Position numbers and translations under genes: made by a program
Origin: Halogeometricum borinquense DSM 11551
Lineage (GTDB): Archaea > Halobacteriota > Halobacteria > Halobacteriales > Haloferacaceae
Length of the DNA: 32,000 nucleotides
Reading direction: 5' to 3'
NCBI RefSeq assembly: GCF_000172995.2
Contig: NC_014735.1
Location: 180,001-212,000, forward strand
Shown here: in pieces, positions 16,076 through 23,221 of the stretch
Position numbering within the stretch: the stretch's first letter is position 1
How the letters are laid out: each line of letters opens with the position of its first letter
The notes under the pieces: generated by a model
What the model was told of the DNA's origin: nothing
The model's input: only the letters and a program-made list of their open reading frames with translations
The model's database searches: none

Positions 16076-19031
16076 TTCCTTCAGGGACTGGTATATGTCT
16101 GTCTACTAGGAGCGACGCTGGCATCTTCCGAACCATCCCCGCTGTCGCCAGCGTCGCACTGATGACCGCGAGTGCGACGCCGCCGACGAGCGCAGCGACA
16201 ACGGCTGTCGGCGTGATAACGGGTTCGAGGACGACTCCGAAGACGCGGAGTTCCCCCACCGAGAGGAGTCCGCTGACGACTCCGAACGCGATTACTCCTG
16301 CGAGCACCGTCGCGGTCGTCCCGATTTTGAGCGTATCGACGATCACGTCGGTGAGAATCGCCCACGGCGATGCGCCCGTCGCGCGCCGGATCCCGATTTC
16401 GCGCTTCGTCGTGTGAACCGCACGAGTGAATGCGGCGGTGGTGCTTCCGACCGTCATCACGGATAGCAGCGCGACGACAGCGAGGACGAGCACTTCGATA
16501 TTGCCGAATGCAACCTGAATCGCCTGCGTAATTCCTCCGCCGCCGGTGTATCTGCCGCTCTGTGCGAGTGCCGCACCGAGTCGATCATCACCCTGTACAG
16601 TGTACGTCGCGGTGACGCGCTGTCCTGCTGTTGTCGTTGCTTCGACGGTGTACGACCCGGCTGGCCGCCGCGGCAGTCGGGCGCGCACGGTTGCCGTCTC
16701 ACCCGATTCAACAGTCACGGGGCGTTTCTTTTCGACGCTCGGCCCGGTTACTCGGAGTGACGACTGAACCGTCTCTGCCCACGGATTCCATGCGCGTACG
16801 GTCGCTTTCGGTCGCGTGAAGATGCTTGGCGCATCCGGTGAGACCGTCGCGTCGAGCGTCAGTGCCCGAACAGCGTCGTCTCTGACGGTTACTGTGGTGG
16901 TTTCTCGCTCTCCGTTACTTGTGGCGACGAGCGTCGCGTTCCCAGTCGAGTTGAGCGCCAGTCTGGCGAGTCCGCGGTCGTTCGTTGTCACGGTTTGTGC
17001 GCCGAGACTAATCGTCGCGTTTGCCACTGGTGTGTCTCCGTGAGATACCCTCACCGCAGGTGTACTGTTCGTCGGTGCCGTCCGCGGTGCGGAGATCGAG
17101 AGTCCCGAGAGGTTGTCGGATTCGCCGTTCGGCCCGCCGACACTGACGTTTTTGGTAATTTCGCCGACTGCGAGTGTATGCGTTCCTGACGGGGTTTCGT
17201 CGAACGGAACGAACACGCGCGTTGACTGCTGGCTCCCGACCGTTACCGATCTTTTGCGGACGGTAGACCCGAGTTTGATCTCGAACTCCCGAGTTGCCTC
17301 GCTCAGACCGAGGTTCGTCACGGCGACGGACACGCCGGTTCGGTTGTTCACGTTTCGGAGGCGTGCACTCGTCGCAACAAGCGTTGATGTTGCTGCGGTC
17401 TCGCGGTCGAGGCCGCGCGTCCGGACGAAGTGAACCGAGTCGTCGCGGATATTCCCCATCTCTCGTGCGGCCGGTATCGAGACGAGTAGTTGGTCGTCCT
17501 GAATCCCCGTTCCAGTGAACGTTCCGGTGATGTTGAACCGTGCGACGCTGGCGGTTGTACTACCGCCGATGACGACTGTTTCTCCCGGCGATAGGTCGCT
17601 CGAACGAGCGAGATCAGCCCCGATGACAGCCTCGTACCGCTGGTTGGGTGCGGACCCCTCCGTGATTTGGACGCCGGATAGCTCCCGGTATGCGGAGAAG
17701 TTGACGCCTCGTGCGACAATCGGATCGCCCTCGTACACCTCGAACAGGAGAATCTCCGGGCTGGCTGCCGCCTCTTGAGAGCGAAGCGCGTCGGCGTACA
17801 CGACCGGCACGTTGCTGGCAATCGGATGCGGAGCATCCGGTTGCGTTATCGTCTGTCCATCGGTGTCCGAGGCGGGACCGACCGCACCCGCGACCGCGGT
17901 CAAGAGCAACAGCGCACACATGAACACTGTGAGCGTCGAGGCGGTTGGAACGAGCGCTTCCCATCCGAGTAGCCGCGTTTTGAGGAAGCTGCTGCACGTT
18001 TCCAGCAATCCAGCGAATCGGCTGGTGTCAGCGTCTGCGGTTTGCCGTGCTGGTTTGGCGAGTGCGGCCGGTTCCTGTGTCGCGCCTTTGTATGCCGCAA
18101 GGAGGCCGGACAGACCCCCAACGACGAGGAATAACACAACGGCGGGAACGAGTACCGAGAGTACCGGTTGAGATATCTGTGCACTCAGCGATGTCGGTAG
18201 CCCGCCGTATATCGCGGCGTTGACGACGACACGAACGAGGATGAGACCGAAGCCGTATCCGACGGCGGTCCCGACCGCCGTGAGCGTGACCGCTCGAAGC
18301 GCGAAGAGTTGGAGGACCTGCCGCGGCGTCGCACCGGTCGAGCGCAGTACGGCGATATCTGGTCTGCGTTCCCGAACGGTGATCTGAACGACGCTGTAGA
18401 TGGTCACCGCAACGAGGATGCCCGCCGCTACCGTCGCCAGCCTGAGCAGTCGAACGAGTTCGCCCGCGCCGCGGACGAAGAACTCCAAGGCGGAGAGCAG
18501 CGGCGTGGCAGCGCGTCCGTCAACTGATCGAATCGTGACTTGGGTGGCGTGGTCGAACGAGGCGGCAGTCGCTGGGTCGGTGACGTACCACGAATCGGGA
18601 ATGAACGAGTTCGATTGGCGGGATCGAATACTGACGGTCTCTCCGCTCGCATCCGACTGTAGTCGTGATTCAGGCCCCTGATACGCCGCCGCAGCGAGCG
18701 CCCCGCGTTCAGGCGTCGGGAGCGAAATCGTCTCTCCTCGAACAGTGAGAGCGGAAGCATCACGCGGAATCCCGACGACCGGGACTTGTTGGCCGTCGAG
18801 CGTCGTCTCAGCGAGCGTCAACGTGAGCGCTGTCGATGAACTGCTGTCTTGGGGTGTCTCGTATATCCCGTAGGATGTCTCGTACTCGGCCGCGATGGTC
18901 GTCGTCTGATCGCCGAGTGCCACGCCGAGAACGGCCGCACCGACGAGAAACGAGACCGTGAGTGCGATGACCACGACGGCGAGTGTATCTCGTCGTGCCC
19001 ATCCGAACGACAGAACTCGACGGTATCCCAT
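16053..19031 (-). CDS. Giant double-FtsX (MacB-like) permease, paralogue 2, with no ATPase gene adjacent to it
   Basis: Collinear with the 10054..13050 product. FtsX signatures ITVRERRPDIAVLRSTGATPRQVL and HTTKREIGIRRATGASPWAIL. PCD-like RYEAVIGADLARSSDLSPGETVVIGGS. Multiple beta-sandwich-like repeats in the second outside region. Confidence 0.9.
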   Translation of the reverse strand: MGYRRVLSFGWARRDTLAVVVIALTVSFLVGAAVLGVALGDQTTTIAAEYETSYGIYETPQDSSSSTALTLTLAETTLDGQQVPVVGIPRDASALTVRGETISLPTPERGALAAAAYQGPESRLQSDASGETVSIRSRQSNSFIPDSWYVTDPATAASFDHATQVTIRSVDGRAATPLLSALEFFVRGAGELVRLLRLATVAAGILVAVTIYSVVQITVRERRPDIAVLRSTGATPRQVLQLFALRAVTLTAVGTAVGYGFGLILVRVVVNAAIYGGLPTSLSAQISQPVLSVLVPAVVLFLVVGGLSGLLAAYKGATQEPAALAKPARQTADADTSRFAGLLETCSSFLKTRLLGWEALVPTASTLTVFMCALLLLTAVAGAVGPASDTDGQTITQPDAPHPIASNVPVVYADALRSQEAAASPEILLFEVYEGDPIVARGVNFSAYRELSGVQITEGSAPNQRYEAVIGADLARSSDLSPGETVVIGGSTTASVARFNITGTFTGTGIQDDQLLVSIPAAREMGNIRDDSVHFVRTRGLDRETAATSTLVATSARLRNVNNRTGVSVAVTNLGLSEATREFEIKLGSTVRKRSVTVGSQQSTRVFVPFDETPSGTHTLAVGEITKNVSVGGPNGESDNLSGLSISAPRTAPTNSTPAVRVSHGDTPVANATISLGAQTVTTNDRGLARLALNSTGNATLVATSNGERETTTVTVRDDAVRALTLDATVSPDAPSIFTRPKATVRAWNPWAETVQSSLRVTGPSVEKKRPVTVESGETATVRARLPRRPAGSYTVEATTTAGQRVTATYTVQGDDRLGAALAQSGRYTGGGGITQAIQVAFGNIEVLVLAVVALLSVMTVGSTTAAFTRAVHTTKREIGIRRATGASPWAILTDVIVDTLKIGTTATVLAGVIAFGVVSGLLSVGELRVFGVVLEPVITPTAVVAALVGGVALAVISATLATAGMVRKMPASLLVDRHIPVPEGSGERRDA

Positions 19032-19210
19032 GGAGTCAGTCTACAGACAACCCTCCGCCGGGAAGTAACTATCTGTCTGGTTTTCGTTCTGCAACGCGGA
19101 CGACAGAAACGAAGTGAGAATCGTTAGACCGACGTTAATTGGTCGGCAAACGCTGTCGTATTTTCATCCCCGCCCGGACTCCTCCGTACGTTATCGCTAT
19201 GACAGCAAGT

Positions 19211-19217
19211 ATTATAT
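19211..19217 (+). promoter_or_regulatory. TATA-like element ATTATAT upstream of the GT2 gene
   Basis: Centred ~34 nt upstream of GTG 19248 and ~94 nt upstream of ATG 19308. It is compatible either with a leaderless GTG start or with a ~60-nt leader. Confidence 0.35.
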
Positions 19218-19264
19218 GAATGTCTTTCGGAATCACACGTAGACTCTGTGGCTGAGTCAACCGG

Positions 19265-19285
19265 GCACCTACACAGAGTAGGTGC
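19265..19285 (+). repeat. Perfect 8-bp inverted repeat (GCACCTAC acaga GTAGGTGC)
   Basis: Direct reading. Lies 23 nt upstream of ATG 19308. Confidence 0.9.
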
Positions 19286-19292
19286 GACCAAA

Positions 19293-19306
19293 CACACACA
19301 CACACA
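19293..19306 (+). repeat. (CA)7 dinucleotide microsatellite immediately upstream of ATG 19308
   Basis: cacacacacacaca ends 1 nt before the ATG. It lies inside the reading frame if GTG 19248 is the start. Confidence 0.95.
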
Positions 19307-19307
19307 A

Positions 19308-20546
19308 ATGTCTACTGAGATTACACGGAAGGGATCCCAAGGGGACGTAAGAGGGGCGTCTCCGCCTGAAGTTTCCGAAGCGCATAGGTCGGGTGATGAA
19401 CTGCTGCTGGATGCAGACAGTGAAACCGAACCGGTGCTGTCGCTCGTCATGCCGACGCTGAACGAAGAGGAAGGCATCGAGGAGTGCATCGGTCGGATGA
19501 AAAACGCACTCGAAGAGTTACAGATTACTGGCGAAATCGTCGTCAGTGACAGTTCGACCGACAGAACACCCGAGATAGCCGAATCGATGGGTGCTATCGT
19601 CGTCGAACCCGATAAACCGGGCTACGGCTACGCGTATCAGTACGCGTTCGATCACGCCCGTGGCGATGCTATCGCAATCGGGGACGCCGACACGACGTAC
19701 GATTTCGAGGAGCTTCCGAAGCTCTACGAACTCGTTGCGAACGGTGACGCTGATATGGCGATGGGGAGCCGATTGAACGGTGAGATCAAAGATGGCGCGA
19801 TGCCGCCACTTCACCAGTACGTCGGCAATCCATTGCTCACGAAGTTCCTCAACGTCTTCTACGGTGCAGGCGTGAGTGACGCACACTCGGGGATGCGTGT
19901 CCTGTCAAAGGAGGCTTGGGAACAGATGGAATGTGATTCGCCGGGCATGGAGTTCGCCTCGGAGATGATTATGGAGGCGGGTGCCCGCGACCTCACTATC
20001 GAGGAGCGCCCGATCACGTACCACGAGCGGGAAGGCGAAGCGACCCTGGAGAGTTTCCAAGACGGGTGGCGTCACGTTCGGTTCATGCTCGTGAACGCTC
20101 CCGGCTATCTGTTCTCCATCCCCGGTATCCTGATGTCGATAGTCGGTGCGTTCGTCATGCTGGCGGCGTACACTGACGTTTCAATCGGTGCGACCGGGTT
20201 CGGGCCACACTCGATGGTTCTGGGAAGCTTCCTGGTTCTCGTCGGCTACCAAGTGACGAGTCTCGGGGTCTTCGCAACTGTCGTCGGCGATCCGATCAAA
20301 AAACCGAACGACCCATTCACGAACTGGTTGGTCCAGAACGTGACACTCGAACGCGGTGTGACAGCGGGTGCTATCCTGTTCGGCATCGGTGCGGCCTACG
20401 CCGGTGTGATGGTTAGCCAGTGGGCACTGAGCGGATTCACGGAACTCCCATTCCTCTTGGGCGATATCGCCGCCCTGACCGGGATGATTCTCGGTTTACA
20501 GATGGTGTTCTCCGCATTCTTCCTCAGTACCGCCAACCGCTGCTAA
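19308..20546 (+). CDS. GT2-family glycosyltransferase with a C-terminal 4-TM domain (Dol-P-sugar synthase-like, AglD/AglJ-like)
   Basis: LSLVMPTLNEEEGIEECI, VVSDSSTDRTPEIA, DxD-type GDADTTYD, GSRL. Hydrophobic C-terminal third. Alternative upstream GTG at 19248 (the track start). Confidence 0.9.
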   Translation: MSTEITRKGSQGDVRGASPPEVSEAHRSGDELLLDADSETEPVLSLVMPTLNEEEGIEECIGRMKNALEELQITGEIVVSDSSTDRTPEIAESMGAIVVEPDKPGYGYAYQYAFDHARGDAIAIGDADTTYDFEELPKLYELVANGDADMAMGSRLNGEIKDGAMPPLHQYVGNPLLTKFLNVFYGAGVSDAHSGMRVLSKEAWEQMECDSPGMEFASEMIMEAGARDLTIEERPITYHEREGEATLESFQDGWRHVRFMLVNAPGYLFSIPGILMSIVGAFVMLAAYTDVSIGATGFGPHSMVLGSFLVLVGYQVTSLGVFATVVGDPIKKPNDPFTNWLVQNVTLERGVTAGAILFGIGAAYAGVMVSQWALSGFTELPFLLGDIAALTGMILGLQMVFSAFFLSTANRC

Positions 20547-20565
20547 CAACACCTCAACGACGACC

Positions 20566-20580
20566 GCTCTCGTTTTTGCT
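20566..20580 (+). terminator. Oligo-T (ctctcgtttttgct) downstream of the GT2 gene
   Basis: TTTTT at 20573-20577, 27 nt after the TAA. Confidence 0.4.
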
Positions 20581-20773
20581 GTAACACTCGTACGACTGTT
20601 ACACTATCTCTCGGCGTTGCACTGTGATTGTCCGTCGCGGTTGAGTCGTTTTCTGTGGATGCGTTTGGGGCGTATCGAATCCGCGAGTAGATAACCGTAT
20701 TCGGCACGTGGAGTTCGGGGTCCGGAGCTCGGAGTTCGGCTTGCCCGCGGTTCTGAATCGTGAATGGCTGTCG

Positions 20774-20789
20774 ATAATCGGTCGATTAT
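20774..20789. repeat. 7-bp perfect inverted repeat ATAATCG gt CGATTAT
   Basis: Direct reading. Lies 8 nt upstream of the tetramer array. Confidence 0.85.
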
Positions 20790-20797
20790 GCCACCTA

Positions 20798-20825
20798 TTG
20801 ATTGATTTATTGATTTATTGATTGA
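20798..20825. repeat. Seven-tetramer array TTGA TTGA TTTA TTGA TTTA TTGA TTGA, mirror-symmetric in unit order
   Basis: Direct reading. An AT island in GC-rich intergenic DNA upstream of the REC-PAS-HK gene. Confidence 0.9.
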
Positions 20826-21086
20826 CCTGGTCCCTCGTGGGACAGAACCGTTCAGGTTTGAGGCATCCATTCGGCTGTCGGGCGAGTCGGTCGTGTTATT
20901 CTCGTGACTGATCCGTTCGCGTTTCAGCGTTTCGACGACGAATACGAGTTGATTTTCCTCGCATCTCCTCGTCTCGTTCCCGATCCCGATATGTGCCTTC
21001 CGGCGAAGTTTGTACTACACCGCTCACAAAAAGTTGTCAATGCATATTTACTTGAACCTGAAGGGAGACTAGTGGTCCATCAACTC

Positions 21087-22469
21087 ATGACATCGATCCG
21101 GATACTATATGTCGATGACAATAACGAACACCGCGATCTCGTCGCCGACGCCCTCGTACAGTTCGACGAGCGGTTCGATGTCATCCTGGAGCGGGGCGCT
21201 AGTGACGCAATCGACCGGCTCGCGGCCGACGATGAAGCGATTCACTGTCTCATCAGCGAATACGAACTTCCGGATCAAACCGGTCTTGAACTGCTCGCCA
21301 CTGTTCGTGAGGAGTTTCCGCAACTTCCGTTCATTCTGTTTACCGGCGTCGGGTCCGAAGCACTCGCAAGCGAGGCAATCTCGATGGGAGTGACGGAGTA
21401 TCTGCCGAAGCGCTACGAGGAGACGCAGCACGAACGCCTCGGAAACCGAATACTGGACGCCGTATCGCAGTCCCGGATCGAACAGGATCGAGACAGGGTG
21501 TATGAGGCGCTCGAAGCAGCGACTCAAGGCATCTCGATTCTCGATGCCGATGGTCGATACCGCTACGTCAACGATGCCTTCGCTGACCTGTACAACTGTA
21601 CGCCAGAAGAGATTCTCGGCGAACATTGGACGGGACTGTATCCGGAGCCGGAAGTAACGCGTTTTCAGCAGGAAGTTCGTCCCCGACTCGACGAGACGGA
21701 TATGTGGATGGGTCGGTGTCGTGGCATGACCGTCGATGGAACGATTTTCCCCGAACGAGCCTCCGTCACGCAACTCGATACCGGCGGCTACGTCTGTGTT
21801 GTCCGGCCCGTCACCGAACTGGACGGCAACGAGCCAACGCTCGAACAACAGAACGAACAACTCGACCGCTTCGTCAGCGTCGTCTCCCACGACCTCCGCA
21901 ACCCGCTCAACGTGGCGATTGGTCGGACGGAACTCCTACAAAATGAGTACGACAGCGAGCATCTGACCGAGGCACAGCAGGCGCTCGACCGCATGGCGGA
22001 ACTGATCGACGACCTGCTGACGCTGGCCCGAAACGGCCAGCGAGTCGATGACATCAGTCCCGCGTCCCTTGCGGCGAATGCGAAGACGAGTTGGCAGCAT
22101 ATCTGCTCGGACGATAGCACCCTTGTCATCGATACCGACCTCGTCATCCGGGCTGATCGGTGCCGACTCCAGCAACTGTTCGAGAATCTCCTCCAGAACG
22201 CGATTGATCACGGCGGAGACGGCGTGACGATCACTGTCGGTTCCTGTGAGGATGGCTTTTACGTCGCCGACGACGGACCGAGTATCCCCGAAGACAGACG
22301 AGAGAAAATCTTCGAGGCGGGCTACTCGACGCACATGAACGGCACTGGAATCGGACTCAGTATCGTCGCGGATATCGCAACGGCGCACGGCTGGAAGCTC
22401 AAAGCGACGGAGAGCGCGGCCGGTGGGGCACGGTTCGAGATTACCGGTGTCGAGATTGTTGATCGATGA
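21087..22469 (+). CDS. Hybrid signal-transduction protein: receiver (REC) - PAS - HisKA - HATPase_c histidine kinase (soluble)
   Basis: REC: ILYVDDNNEH...HCLISEYELPDQTG...ILFTGVG...EYLPK. PAS: YEALEAATQGISILDADGRYRYVNDAF. H-box VVSHDLRNPLN, N-box LLQNAIDHG, G-boxes VADDGPSIP and GTGIGLSIV. ATG 21087 is preferred over GTG 20904 because nt 20990-21086 are AT-richer with tgcatatttac ~40 nt upstream, and the N-terminal extension has no domain. Confidence 0.9.
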   Translation: MTSIRILYVDDNNEHRDLVADALVQFDERFDVILERGASDAIDRLAADDEAIHCLISEYELPDQTGLELLATVREEFPQLPFILFTGVGSEALASEAISMGVTEYLPKRYEETQHERLGNRILDAVSQSRIEQDRDRVYEALEAATQGISILDADGRYRYVNDAFADLYNCTPEEILGEHWTGLYPEPEVTRFQQEVRPRLDETDMWMGRCRGMTVDGTIFPERASVTQLDTGGYVCVVRPVTELDGNEPTLEQQNEQLDRFVSVVSHDLRNPLNVAIGRTELLQNEYDSEHLTEAQQALDRMAELIDDLLTLARNGQRVDDISPASLAANAKTSWQHICSDDSTLVIDTDLVIRADRCRLQQLFENLLQNAIDHGGDGVTITVGSCEDGFYVADDGPSIPEDRREKIFEAGYSTHMNGTGIGLSIVADIATAHGWKLKATESAAGGARFEITGVEIVDR

Positions 22470-22601
22470 GACACTGTCTGGCTGTGAGTGGCGTCTGTTT
22501 CTCGGCTGTCGTGACCGAACGACACTGCATGGTACGTTGCTCTGACTCAATATGGAAGTAACACTTATGCTGGTTCTGACTGCATTTGGTATCACATCGG
22601 A

Positions 22602-22757
22602 ATGTCAGTAGTTGACTCTGCGTGCGAAGAGCTGCTCGAACGGATGGAAGACAATACCTGTGCCTACTGCGAGGGCGGTCTCGTGATGGGGCAGTACAAA
22701 GACACTGCTGCAGTCCTGTGTGAGGACTGTGGGACGCCTGCGATTCGCGTTTGGTAG
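22602..22757 (+). CDS. Small zinc-ribbon protein (51 aa, CxxC...CxxCG), not in the ORF track
   Basis: My translation: MSVVDSACEELLERMEDNTCAYCEGGLVMGQYKDTAAVLCEDCGTPAIRVW*. Two CxxC knuckles 16 residues apart. Acidic composition. Fills an otherwise empty 305-nt gap. Confidence 0.5.
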   Translation: MSVVDSACEELLERMEDNTCAYCEGGLVMGQYKDTAAVLCEDCGTPAIRVW

Positions 22758-22774
22758 GTAGGTTTTCGGTGGGC

Positions 22775-23218
22775 TCAGTCGAGTTTCTCCAGATAGCGTT
22801 CGACGTACGGATGAACCGTTTCGTATGGTGGTTCGAACACCTGGAACCGGCTGTGTTGTGTATCCGTGTTGAGTTTATTTGTATCAGGAGTCACGACGAA
22901 CGCCGTCGCCACATAGTGCTTCGAGTCAATACCATCGACCTCGGATGTGTCGTAGAAGTGTTCGAAGGTTCCAAGCCGATCGTTGATTGTGACATCAACC
23001 CCCAATTCCTCCGTAGCGACGCGGTGTACCGCATCAGTCAGAGACTCACCTTTCAGCACTGTGCCGCCGGGGACGAACCACTCGCCTTTCGCAGGTTCGT
23101 TCTCGCGCATCCCGAGGAGGATGCCTCCATCGTGCTTGACGACGAGATCGACAGAGACAATCGGGACGTTTTCGACAATCGTTCGCCATTCGTTTGGGGG
23201 GATCGGCTTTTCGCACAT
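22775..23218 (-). CDS. NUDIX hydrolase, GDP-mannose mannosyl hydrolase-like
   Basis: Nudix box GGTVLKGESLTDAVHRVATEELGV. The N-terminal WRTIVENVPIVSVDLVV...GILLGMRENEPAKGEWFVPGG resembles Gmm/WcaH-type enzymes. The ATG is 3 nt after the rmlB stop. Confidence 0.85.
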   Translation of the reverse strand: MCEKPIPPNEWRTIVENVPIVSVDLVVKHDGGILLGMRENEPAKGEWFVPGGTVLKGESLTDAVHRVATEELGVDVTINDRLGTFEHFYDTSEVDGIDSKHYVATAFVVTPDTNKLNTDTQHSRFQVFEPPYETVHPYVERYLEKLD

Positions 23219-23221
23219 TGC

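Noticed and set aside
20604-20870. 88-aa minus-strand ORF in the GT2-kinase intergenic region
   Set aside because: It is basic and low-complexity, reads through the TTGA/TTTA array as SINKSINQSI, is non-acidic unlike the neighbouring proteins, and has no start context. It is probably non-coding.
20904-21086. N-terminal 61-codon extension of the REC-PAS-HK gene from GTG 20904
   Set aside because: The extension has no domain. Its 3' half is AT-richer and promoter-like. The REC domain begins right at ATG 21087 (MTSIRILYVDD). It is kept only as an alternative start.
21105-21890. 261-aa ORF antisense to the kinase gene, and 219-aa ORF (22751..23410) antisense to the NUDIX and rmlB genes
   Set aside because: These have no motifs and non-halophilic composition, and the opposite strands carry strongly recognisable domains.
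10054-22469. BceAB/BceRS-type peptide-antibiotic sensing module (FtsX permease + ATPase + histidine kinase)
   Set aside because: The kinase is soluble (REC-PAS-HK, no TM helices), is separated from the operon by a GT2 gene, and is on the other strand. The permeases are double-FtsX proteins with very large beta-sandwich ectodomains, unlike 10-TM BceB proteins.
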